From Armatimonadota bacterium (GTDB lineage: Bacteria > Armatimonadota > Armatimonadia > Armatimonadales > Armatimonadaceae), in NCBI GenBank assembly GCA_043754515.1, contig JAYUUO010000084.1, forward strand, positions 1 through 46,657: a stretch of DNA of 46,657 nt. The letters run 5' to 3'. The translations under genes and the position numbers were made by a program. The notes beneath the pieces are model-generated. The model was not told the origin of the DNA. It saw nothing but the letters and a program-made list of their open reading frames with translations, and did not search any database. Positions 1-9,162 of the stretch are shown here, piece by piece (position 1 is the first letter of the stretch; the number at the start of each line of letters is the position of its first letter).

Positions 1-2
1 GC

Positions 3-1355
3 ATGGATGAACCACTCCCGACACAGGAATCGGAGACCGAGGAGTTCAAACGTTCCTGGCAGGAAAAGGAGTGTCTGGAGGCACTCTCGGCTCTTGCTAA
101 TACACGAGGCGGCAACTTATGGGTGGGACTGAATGACAACGGTAGCGTACACGGATGGCACGGAGATGGCAAGATGTTGGAGACCATCAGCAACCAAATC
201 GTGTCCAAACTTCAGGTTCACCCGCTCGCTCTGGACGTTTGAACCGTGGCAGACCGGCACATACTACTCATACGAATGGCATCTGCCGCAGCTCCAGTCG
301 CACTAAACGGACGCTATTATAGGCGCGTCGCTAATTCCAGCCGCGAGGTTCCGTCCGAGGAGTTGCCCAGATTTATCCTGGAGAAGACCGGGCAGAGTTG
401 GGACGATCTTCCCTCGGACGCGGTCGTCGCTGATGTCGCTGAGTTTACGGTCGCCATATTCCGACGAATGGGTGCCGAACGGCTTTCTCAAGAGATGCAG
501 GAAGAACCAGTAGCATCCCTCCTCGCGAAGCTGAACTTGCTTCATCCTTCTGGGCGATTAAAACGCGGTGCGGTACTGCTCTTCACGCGAGAACCTGACC
601 GTTGGTTCCGCCATGCTCGTGTGCAAATGGCGCACGTGGAGTCAGACGAAACGACACTTTCCGACGAGCACCGTGTCACTGGGCCACTCACGACACAGTT
701 GGAGGAGACGATCAATTGGCTCCGTAAGCACATGAAGATCACCTACGAGTTTCCTGGCAATGGGACGGGTGTCGGCGTGTTGCAACGTCAGGAGGTTTGG
801 GAAATCCCTCTTATTGCGTTACGGGAAGCCTTGTTAAACGCGTTCTTACACCGTGACTACACCGCTCTCAGCGCAATTCACGTTCGCGTCTACAGGGATA
901 AGGTTGTCATAGAAAATCCTGGCGGCCTCTCCGAACGCCTGACCATAGCCGACCTCTCGCGGCGGCACAACTCCTTGCCGCGCAACCCGCTTCTAGCAGA
1001 CATTGCCTACAAGATGAAACTGGTTGAAATCTGGGGGACGGGCACGCTTCGCATGGTGCAAGCCTGTGTTGCGGCCAGGCTACCAGCCCCCGATTTCGTC
1101 AGCGGCCCCGCTGGTTTTTCGGTAACATTGTGGCGCGATAAGTACTCTCCGGAATCGTTGCGTACTCAGGGTATCTCCGATCGGCAGATAGAGGCTATGC
1201 GTGTCGTCCAGGAGAAAGGAGATATAACGAACCGTGTCTACCGCGAAATGTTTGGCTTGTCGGATGAAGCCGCTCGTAACGAATTGAATGATCTGATTGA
1301 GCGGGTGTTGCTCCACCGCGTCGGGGCGGGACGCTCGGTGCGATACACGTTATGA
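3..1355 (+). pseudogene. Schlafen/AlbA_2 + HATPase_c_4 (RecG C-terminal-like) + wHTH protein, interrupted by in-frame TGA at 240-242
   Basis: ESETEEFK..SALANTRGGNLWVGLNDNG (AlbA_2), ALREALLNAFLHRDY, ENPGG, RNPLLA, GTG motifs and C-terminal HTH. ORFs 3..242 and 246..1355 are in one frame (gtt TGA acc gtg). Confidence 0.75.
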
Positions 1356-1369
1356 GTTGATGAGGTGCC

Positions 1370-1435
1370 AGTTGGCGATTAGGCCATATTGGGGTGGAGA
1401 AGTTGGCGATTAGTTGGCGATTAGTTGGCGATTAG
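1370..1435. repeat. 11-bp direct repeat AGTTGGCGATT, four copies (three tandem)
   Basis: Copies at 1370-1380, 1401-1411, 1412-1422, 1423-1433. Confidence 0.9.
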
Positions 1436-1671
1436 CAACACCCATGTCTCACGATTTATGCGGTGAGCAAATCGTGCCTGAAGATAAATCCAGAAGCGTG
1501 ACTCATAAAAGATCAAACTCGTTTTCCGGTGGTGTCAGATAAGACGTACCCGAATCCCGGTATGCGGGTGTCGATGGCCAAACCATCGCGGACGGCGCGG
1601 CTCGTTTTAAGCCATCCGCGCATACACGTCTAGAGCCGACTAACTGTCGAGGAACGCAAGGAACGAACCAT

Positions 1672-2463
1672 ATGTGCATTTTCTCCGGACCGGTCCAGTA
1701 AGTCGCCGACACCCGCATCTTCGCGCGGCTGGAGGGCGATAACCGACAGCTACTCGTTTACTCGATGCGCTACGCGGCGCGGGAGCCGGTCGCCATGGTG
1801 TTGCCGCTACCAGTCCCCCCCGGCGCGGGAGAGGACGCGGCGCAGTTCATAGATTTGAAGGAATATCCCACCTTGTTCGACGACATGTTCACCCTTTTCT
1901 ACTCGCCGGGCGGCGGTGCTCCGGGGGGGAGAATGAGGATGTACGCCGCCGCTTCCCCTTTAGCCGTTCATGCCGTGGGCGATTTCGTCGCTAGCTATGT
2001 CCCTTCTCTGAAGGACTTCGCCCGCCTCGATCCACGCTTCCGATTACCACGTTCGGCGTTCGCGGCTCTGCCCCAGTACGCGAACTGGGGATTCGCCGTG
2101 TTCCAACTGCGGGAAGTGAATCGGGAAACGACCCGCGTTCATCCCATGGCGTTCTCCTTCCCAGTACGCGAGGGCGGGAAACTGTTCTTCCCGACGGTAC
2201 ACATACACGACGGAAAGGTCCATCCAAAGGAGCAGTTCGACCACGTACTGTATGCCCAGTGGGACGGCGCACCAACGGCAAACACGTTACGCTTCCTTTT
2301 CCCGCCGAGTCCGTGGCGCAAGTCGGAAAAGGAGGCGGGAAGCAAGATTGATGTTTCAAAGGCACGCGGAATCGTGAGTGGGCGGTTGCCGATGTACCGG
2401 CGCGAGGTGCGCGGAATGCTCCCGAACCAGGACACGTGGGTTTCGCCTTCGGAATTGACCTGA
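1672..2463 (+). pseudogene. Conserved hypothetical protein with in-frame TAA at 1699-1701
   Basis: AAGGA RBS then ATG 1672 reading MCIFSGPVQ*VADTRIFARLEG..QLLVYSM, in frame with ORF 1765..2463. Confidence 0.65.
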
Positions 2464-2486
2464 TAAGCTATTTACCTGAGAAGATT

Positions 2487-3437
2487 ATGAACACCATCCC
2501 CGTCCTTTTTGACACCGACATCGGCAACGACATTGACGACGCCGTCGCTCTCGCTTATCTGCTCCGCGAGCCACGCTGTGAACTGCTCGGCGTGACCACG
2601 GTTACCGGCGACACAGGCAAACGCGCCGCGCTCGCCGAGGCCGTTTGTCATGCGGGGGGGCGTACCGACGTCCGAGTGCTCGCTGGGTTGTCCGTCCCAT
2701 TGCTACACGGGCGCGGCCAGACGGAGGTGGCGCAATACACCGTGCTCGAAGGGACGAATCACCGAACCGACTTTGGCTCGCCGTCCGAAGCCGTGCTATT
2801 TCTGCGCGATACGATCCGCGCTCGCCCACACGAGGTGACCCTTCTCGCGACCGGAGCGATGACCAATATCGCCGCGCTGTTCGCCCTCGACCCGGAGATT
2901 CCTGCTCTGATCAAGCGCGTCGTGCTGATGTGCGGCGTTTTTCAGGGCGGCGCACACAGTCATGGGCCGGGCGCGAGGGAATGGAACGCGCTTCTCGATC
3001 CCATCGCGACCGCCATCGTGTTCCGATACGTAGCACCGGGCACATTGCTTTCCGTCGGCCTCGACGTGACCGAGCAGTGCGTCCTGCCGAAGGACGAATG
3101 CCGCGCCCGCTTTACACAGGCCGGGGGGGCACTAGCGTTCGTGCTACGGATGGCGGAGGTCTGGTTTACGCATGTCCCCAAGATCACCTTCCACGATCCG
3201 CTCGCCGCGACCGTGATATTCGACCCGACATTGACTGTGAACGAACGCGGCAACGTCAGCGTTTGGACGAACGACGACGCGCTGTACGGCTTGACCCGCT
3301 GGCAAGGCGACCTGAATGGGCAACACGAGATCGCCGTTTCGGTAGATGCTGGGCGGTTCTTCGAGCGGTACTTCGCCGTGACCGGTGGCGCGGCGACCCC
3401 TCAGGTAGCCCCCTATACGGATCAGGAGCAGAGATAA
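2487..3437 (+). CDS. Nucleoside hydrolase (IUNH family)
   Basis: N-terminal DTDIGNDIDDA (DxDxxxDD), EWN..LDP, GLDVT, HDPLA motifs. Confidence 0.9.
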   Translation: MNTIPVLFDTDIGNDIDDAVALAYLLREPRCELLGVTTVTGDTGKRAALAEAVCHAGGRTDVRVLAGLSVPLLHGRGQTEVAQYTVLEGTNHRTDFGSPSEAVLFLRDTIRARPHEVTLLATGAMTNIAALFALDPEIPALIKRVVLMCGVFQGGAHSHGPGAREWNALLDPIATAIVFRYVAPGTLLSVGLDVTEQCVLPKDECRARFTQAGGALAFVLRMAEVWFTHVPKITFHDPLAATVIFDPTLTVNERGNVSVWTNDDALYGLTRWQGDLNGQHEIAVSVDAGRFFERYFAVTGGAATPQVAPYTDQEQR

Positions 3438-3438
3438 C

Positions 3439-4152
3439 CTACTTGGATACCGGCACTTTGGGATCGGCCAATGGCGCGATCGGCCTTATTCGCACGATCC
3501 GATCGTCATCCTTATCCTGCTCCCACTTCATTTTATAGCGATCACACAGCGCGTCCAGGGCATCCGCTATCGGTTTGTGAACAATGGAATGTTCTAAGCG
3601 GGCCTTCACAAGTCGCTCGTCGTCCGGGAGGGCGGCAAGAACAGTCAGTCCCGTTTTGTCGGCAAACACGCGCAGGTAGGCGGACAAAGGCAATTCGTCG
3701 TCGCCCGTGAGTTTCGTCTATCCGACCCGCGTTAGCACATTCTCTTTTTCCTCAGCAATACGCCGCTTGGGGTCCGACTTCGTGCGCCAAAGCCGCAACC
3801 GAACAACCTGAGAGTTTCCTTTCGTTTCGTGCTCGTTAGACCAATTATAGAGCCAGGTGGCATCGGACAGAAGGATGCATACTTGTTTCAGAAGAACGTT
3901 CGCAGGGATACTCTTCGCGTAAGAGAACAGCATTCTGTCTGGGACGGAGTCGGCTTTTGCTATCTTGAACGGAGTAAGGGACTCTACAACCGATGCGAGT
4001 TGAGTGAGTCTCTGTTGCTTCGCTTCTAGATGTATTTGTGTCAGCAACACCCGTTGATCCGCTTCATTGAGCTGTCGGGCCGAGCATGCAAGACATGAAG
4101 CGACCAAAATTAGGCACTGCGTGGCAAGGCTCGAATATTTCGAATTTCTCAT
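3439..4152 (-). pseudogene. Exported hypothetical protein with STN-like C-terminal segment, in-frame TAG at 3718-3720
   Basis: ORFs 3718..4152 and 3439..3693 share a frame (gga TAG acg aaa ctc...ttg cct). Signal-peptide-like N-terminus; PIADALDALCDRYKMKW resembles STN-type domains. Confidence 0.5.
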
Positions 4153-4154
4153 GA

Positions 4155-4811
4155 CTAGTCTCCATTATCCGCGGACAGCGGGTAGTCGGTCACATGACTA
4201 CCCGCTGTACTTATCACAGGCCGGGGGGGGCTACCTGAACTTAATTTGCCGCTGGATGAAGACGACACCTTATACTGGGCACCACCGTAACCATAGTAGC
4301 TAAGAAACTTGCCAAAAGTACCGGCTCCGCTGATCGAATGGGACGTGCTGGCATCACTTGGAGAAGCATAATATGTCAGCGTACACACGGTAGTTCTAGT
4401 GTACACGTTATGAGGAGGAGAAGGAGCGATGTATGCCCAGTACTCTGTCGCGAGTATTGATCCATCTTTTGCTCCACTACTTACGCTGATCGTCTCCAGA
4501 GCAGGCCCCACCGTATTGAAAGTACTTGTCTGATTCTGGCCGGGTAATATGGCCCGGGCGAAGGAGCCGATGGAGTAATCACCCTCTTTCGTATACCGGA
4601 CGCTGCCGCCGATTGAGAACGTGTGCGAGGTACCATCATTGTTGTACATCGTGTCCGACGCGCCACCGGAACTGTCTGGGATGGTTGTGGACGCGATCGC
4701 GTCGGCTTGCGCATTTGTCAGCAGACCGAGTAACGAAAGCGATGCGGCAACGGTGCCTAAGAGAGTAGGAAGCATTGCCATGAAGGCGCACTTTCCCTGA
4801 GTTGAGACCAT
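4155..4811 (-). CDS. Secreted Ser/Thr/Gly-rich hypothetical protein
   Basis: GAGGG RBS before ATG 4811; hydrophobic signal ending AQA; lower GC than flanks. Confidence 0.55.
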   Translation of the reverse strand: MVSTQGKCAFMAMLPTLLGTVAASLSLLGLLTNAQADAIASTTIPDSSGGASDTMYNNDGTSHTFSIGGSVRYTKEGDYSIGSFARAILPGQNQTSTFNTVGPALETISVSSGAKDGSILATEYWAYIAPSPPHNVYTRTTVCTLTYYASPSDASTSHSISGAGTFGKFLSYYGYGGAQYKVSSSSSGKLSSGSPPRPVISTAGSHVTDYPLSADNGD

Positions 4812-5111
4812 GATGTTTCCCTCACGGCGCGCCAAATATTTCGTCTGTACTTTCAGAACGATAGCGGCACCGCTATTCTAGATTTCAGCACCACTTTCCA
4901 CCTCTTGTCAAGATCTGTAACGGTAATAACAAAGCAACTTTCTTTGCTTTTCGACCGTGTATTCCCCCACTCCAGCCAATTATCTCGAAGGGATGATGCA
5001 CCAAATTGCTGGATGTTGACAGGTCTGTTACACTCCCCATATATTGCTACATCGGTACGGTCTTCCCCCCACTTCTATTGCTTTGACAGCCGCAAGGCCC
5101 GCATCCATCAA

Positions 5112-6080
5112 ATGAAACAAACCGTCACGCTCCCCGCGCACCTGTTCCCCGACCCTGTCGCGCCGCCCATGGCCGTTGTGGAACGCTGGGAGAAATCGCT
5201 CGGACAGGCGGTGATGGTCGGCGAAGCCCTGGTCACGCTCCGTGCCGGTGCCGAAACGTTCACGGTAGAGTCGCCCGCCTCCGGCGTGCTCGCCAGAAAG
5301 TGCGTGCTGCCGGGGGAAGCGGTGGAAGCCGGGGAGCCGCTCGCGGTGCTGGGTGGGGTCGCCGTGCCGCTCGCTGAGGCCGTCCTCGAGCCGCTCGCCG
5401 CGCCACCGGTTTATGTGCCCGCCGGGCCGGAGACGGTGCATGTTCTGTCGCCTCGGGAGTCAGCCCTCGCCGAGCACGATCGCCGTGTGTGGCGCGAAAC
5501 GCCGCACGTACATCTCGTCAGCGTCGCGGACGTGTCCGAGGCGTCCCGCTACATCGCGCGTGTCGGGCGCGGCGAGACCGTTTCCGGCGCGCCAGAGACG
5601 CTGACGCTGCTACCGTTCGTGCTGTGCGCCGTCGCGGCGAGTCTGGTCCGATATCCCGAACTGAACGCGGAGCGCACCGGGGAGGAAGTCCGCCGTAAGG
5701 GGTACGCGCATCTGGGCGTGGAGACAGGGCGCGGGGACGGGGGGCTGGTCGTGCCCGTTTTGCGCGACGTGAACCACAAGAGCGTGCTCGCGGTCGCGCG
5801 GGAGTGGGCACATCTTCAGGCGCGGGTGGCGGACGGCACGCTCACGCCAGGCGATGTGGAAGGAGCGACGTTCGCCGTCTCGCATGCGGGGCGGGTGCTG
5901 TACCGGGCACCCATCCTGCACCGTCCGCTCGCCGCGCATCTCTGCTTCGGCAAACCGGCGGGCGATCAGATATATCTGTGCCTTGCTTATGACGCGACCA
6001 TCGTTTCGGGCGACGCGGCGGAGCGGTTTCTCTCCGATGTCGTGGACGGATTATCCGAGGCGTGGTTTCTCTTCTCCTAA
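5112..6080 (+). CDS. 2-oxoacid dehydrogenase E2 (dihydrolipoamide acyltransferase)-like protein, degenerate
   Basis: Lipoyl-domain fold (WEKSLGQAV..GEALV..VESPASGVL) and catalytic-domain motifs (PH, YPELNA, GLVVPVLRD, GATF). Lipoyl Lys and the DHRxxDG His are absent. Confidence 0.8.
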   Translation: MKQTVTLPAHLFPDPVAPPMAVVERWEKSLGQAVMVGEALVTLRAGAETFTVESPASGVLARKCVLPGEAVEAGEPLAVLGGVAVPLAEAVLEPLAAPPVYVPAGPETVHVLSPRESALAEHDRRVWRETPHVHLVSVADVSEASRYIARVGRGETVSGAPETLTLLPFVLCAVAASLVRYPELNAERTGEEVRRKGYAHLGVETGRGDGGLVVPVLRDVNHKSVLAVAREWAHLQARVADGTLTPGDVEGATFAVSHAGRVLYRAPILHRPLAAHLCFGKPAGDQIYLCLAYDATIVSGDAAERFLSDVVDGLSEAWFLFS

Positions 6081-6103
6081 CAATCCGGGTATCCTGAAAC
6101 GGT

Positions 6104-7765
6104 ATGAATGTATTCACCGCGGGCGAAATGCGCGAGTGTGACCGCCGCGCCATGGAAAACTACGGGATACCCGGCATCTGTCTGATGGAGGCATCCGGCG
6201 TCGCGCTCACGAACGCTTGCGTGGAAGAGCTAGGCGGCGAACTTCGCGGCAAGACGATCACGATTCTCTGCGGAAAAGGTAACAACGGCGGCGACGGGTT
6301 CGTCGCTGCTCGTCATCTAATGGCGCGTGGGGCGGTCACACGGCTGTTCCTGTTCGGCATTACCGATGGCGATCTGCTCGGCGACGCGGCGGCGCATTTC
6401 CTGCCACTCCGCAAGTTGCTACTGGATCAGGGCGTTCCGATGACCACGGTGGCGGATATATCGCGACACGACAACAAACTCTTCGCGCTCGCTGAGGCAC
6501 TGCACCTCTCGTCCCTCGTGTTAGACTGCGTGTACGGCACCGGCTTCCGTCCGCCCCTCCCGCCCGTGCTACTGCTCGCCAGCAAGATCGTGAGAGACTC
6601 GGGGGTTCGCGTGGTTTCCTGTGACATCCCGAGCGGCATTGACGCGGACACCGGGGCGGACGGCGACGGAGTTGGCAGCGACATCGGCGCATTCGCCGCG
6701 CATCGCACGGTGGCTCTCGCGGGTCTGAAGCGCGGCTTGCTCTTCTACCCGGGCGCGACCTACGCGGGGGGTGTTTCGGTCGCGCCGATCGGCATCCCGG
6801 CGGCGGTGCTAGATCAAAGCGCGACCGCGACGCTGACGACGCGGGAGTGGGTACGAACCAAACTCCCCCCGCGTGCCCAGAGCCGTGACGCGAACAAAGG
6901 GCGGTTCGGCACGGTACTGGTGGTCGCCGGGTCAGGCGGAATGGCGGGCGCGGCGGTACTCGCCGCCCTGTCCGCGCTACGTGGCGGGGCGGGATTGGTG
7001 CATCTCGCGCTTCCCGCGAGCGTGGTCGACACGGCGGCGATTCTCGCGCCCGAACTAGTACTGCACGCGCTCCCGGAAACGTTGGAGCGGTCTCACGGTG
7101 GCGACGGCGGCCTGGAACAGGTGCTGACACTTGCGCGAAAGGCAGACGCGGTGGCGGTAGGTCCGGGCATGGGTGGGAACCCCGTAACCGTCTCGTTCGT
7201 CCGAACGTTCATACAGCAACTTCCTGCCCAGACGCCGCTGGTGCTTGACGCTGACGGGCTGAACGCGGTCGCTGACGCCGGGTCAGTATTATTCATTGAC
7301 CGGTCAAGTACAAACACGGTGCTGACGCCCCACCCTGGCGAGGCGGCGCGACTTTTGGGCTCGGATGCACGTATCATACAGCAGGATCGCGCCGGGGCGA
7401 CGCGGGACGTCGCGCGTCTATACCGGGCAACGGTGCTGCTTAAGGGCACGCGTACCCTGATTGCGACGGAAGGAAATGCTAATCATCTTTATATTAACCG
7501 GCGCGGTAGCGTCGCGTTGGCGACCGCCGGTAGCGGCGACGTGTTGACTGGGCTGATCGCCGCGCTCCTCGCCGACCGCGAGAACACGCTGTCCGCGACC
7601 GACGCCGCCCGATCCGGCGCGTTCCTCCACGCGCTGGCGGGCGAGTGGTGTGAGAAGGAGCGGGGGGCGGTGGGAGTGGTCGCCACGGAGATTCGCGACG
7701 CGCTACCCGAGGCACGCCGCTCTTTATATGATATACGCATCTCGGAAGGCTCGAATTACGAATGA
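6104..7765 (+). CDS. nnr: Bifunctional NAD(P)H-hydrate epimerase/dehydratase
   Basis: YjeF_N GKGNNGGDG, DIPSG; carbohydrate-kinase-like domain ANKG.FG, GPGMG, DADGL, LTPHPGEA, LATAGSGDVL. Confidence 0.95.
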   Translation: MNVFTAGEMRECDRRAMENYGIPGICLMEASGVALTNACVEELGGELRGKTITILCGKGNNGGDGFVAARHLMARGAVTRLFLFGITDGDLLGDAAAHFLPLRKLLLDQGVPMTTVADISRHDNKLFALAEALHLSSLVLDCVYGTGFRPPLPPVLLLASKIVRDSGVRVVSCDIPSGIDADTGADGDGVGSDIGAFAAHRTVALAGLKRGLLFYPGATYAGGVSVAPIGIPAAVLDQSATATLTTREWVRTKLPPRAQSRDANKGRFGTVLVVAGSGGMAGAAVLAALSALRGGAGLVHLALPASVVDTAAILAPELVLHALPETLERSHGGDGGLEQVLTLARKADAVAVGPGMGGNPVTVSFVRTFIQQLPAQTPLVLDADGLNAVADAGSVLFIDRSSTNTVLTPHPGEAARLLGSDARIIQQDRAGATRDVARLYRATVLLKGTRTLIATEGNANHLYINRRGSVALATAGSGDVLTGLIAALLADRENTLSATDAARSGAFLHALAGEWCEKERGAVGVVATEIRDALPEARRSLYDIRISEGSNYE

Positions 7766-9123
7766 TATCTGGTCGGGATGATTTCTCTGGTGCTATCTTC
7801 TCACGTCGCCTGAGTGCCGCCGCGCGCTCCGGTGCCGCGTTGCTGTTCCTCGGCGCGGCGTGGGTCGCTCCGGCTCACGCGCAGAACGACGCGACGCCCG
7901 TTCACCCACCCGGCCCTGGAACTACCACGCCCGCGAGACCGCCGAAAATCATCAAGTTCACGCTTGTGTTCGCACGCCCCGGTTCTTACTCCTGCTACCT
8001 GGTGCGCGGCGGGCGCAAGGGCGAGGGCATTTCGATACAGCCGGGACAGACTAAACTCCCTATTGAGGTGAGTGCTGATATTGACGGTATCGAGATTGTT
8101 GACGAGGTGAACGGGCTAGTCGCCACCCGGTCGCTGGCGAAGATCAAGAACGGCGGCAAGGTACGCATCCGCACCGAGTCGTTCGATAAACTACAGGTGG
8201 TGGTGCTCAAACTACGCTCGAAAAACGGGCAACCGGCCGCGAAAGGCGTCGTCCGCCTCGAACCGTCGGGGGGTGAGCCACTACAATACAGCCTGAACAC
8301 GATGGATAACGGGTCGGTGCGCTTCGAGAATATTCCGCTCGGTAAGGCGGAGGCGTCTGCTTATGCGACCACCGGCGACGACGTAGTGAAGCGGACGGTG
8401 ATCATCGCTCCCTCCGTCGGCGGGAAGGCACAGTTAATCACCCTTACTCTGCCGGTGGATGTGCGCACGGTGGAATCTCCCGGCGCGGCGGCCGGAACCA
8501 CGAGCGGGACCGCCGAGACGAAGCGGGAACCGAGGAACGACATCGCTTCGGGACTAGTCGGGATCGGCCTGCTGGTCGGGCTAGGGGCATGGGGGGTGCG
8601 GTATCTCAAACAGCGCGGCATGACTCCGAAGGAAGGCTTCGCGGACGCCCTGCGACGACTCGGGGTTGACTCGCCAGGTGCCCCCGTGCCCGGATCACTC
8701 CATGCCGGACTCCGTTCGTCCGCGCCGGACGCCGTTCATACGCCACTCCCCTCTCTCGCGGAACTGCCCGAGGCGGGCGCGGCGACCGGGCCGGTCGTGC
8801 CCGTCGTGGAGCGCACATTCATCGGGCCGCGATTGGTCGGTCTCTCGGGCGAGTTCGCCGGTCGAACGGTCGCGCTCCAGTCGGATACGGAAAGTCGCCT
8901 AACCATCGGGCGCGAGCCAGACAACACGATCCCGTTGCCGCTAGACAACGCCGTTTCGCGCCGCCACGGGGTGATCGTGCCGAACGGCTCCGGCTGGGAT
9001 CTGATGGACGAAGGGTCCCAAAACGGCACGTTCGTGAACGGGATGCGCATCGAGAGCCGCGCGGCACTGACTGACGGCGACACGATACAGGTCGGGAAGT
9101 CGCGGTTCCGGTTCGAGGCGTAG
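7762..9123 (+). CDS. Single-pass membrane protein: signal peptide, beta-sandwich extracytoplasmic region, TM, C-terminal FHA domain
   Basis: Signal ending AHA; TM GLVGIGLLVGLGAWGV; FHA IGR..VSRRH..GSQNGTFVNG. ATGA overlap with nnr. Confidence 0.85.
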   Translation: MISGRDDFSGAIFSRRLSAAARSGAALLFLGAAWVAPAHAQNDATPVHPPGPGTTTPARPPKIIKFTLVFARPGSYSCYLVRGGRKGEGISIQPGQTKLPIEVSADIDGIEIVDEVNGLVATRSLAKIKNGGKVRIRTESFDKLQVVVLKLRSKNGQPAAKGVVRLEPSGGEPLQYSLNTMDNGSVRFENIPLGKAEASAYATTGDDVVKRTVIIAPSVGGKAQLITLTLPVDVRTVESPGAAAGTTSGTAETKREPRNDIASGLVGIGLLVGLGAWGVRYLKQRGMTPKEGFADALRRLGVDSPGAPVPGSLHAGLRSSAPDAVHTPLPSLAELPEAGAATGPVVPVVERTFIGPRLVGLSGEFAGRTVALQSDTESRLTIGREPDNTIPLPLDNAVSRRHGVIVPNGSGWDLMDEGSQNGTFVNGMRIESRAALTDGDTIQVGKSRFRFEA

Positions 9124-9162
9124 CGAGATGACCCCATCGGCGCACATAAGAAAAGATCAGGG

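Noticed and set aside
1370..1435. CRISPR array
   Set aside because: Repeats are 11 bp, mostly without spacers, and there are no cas genes.
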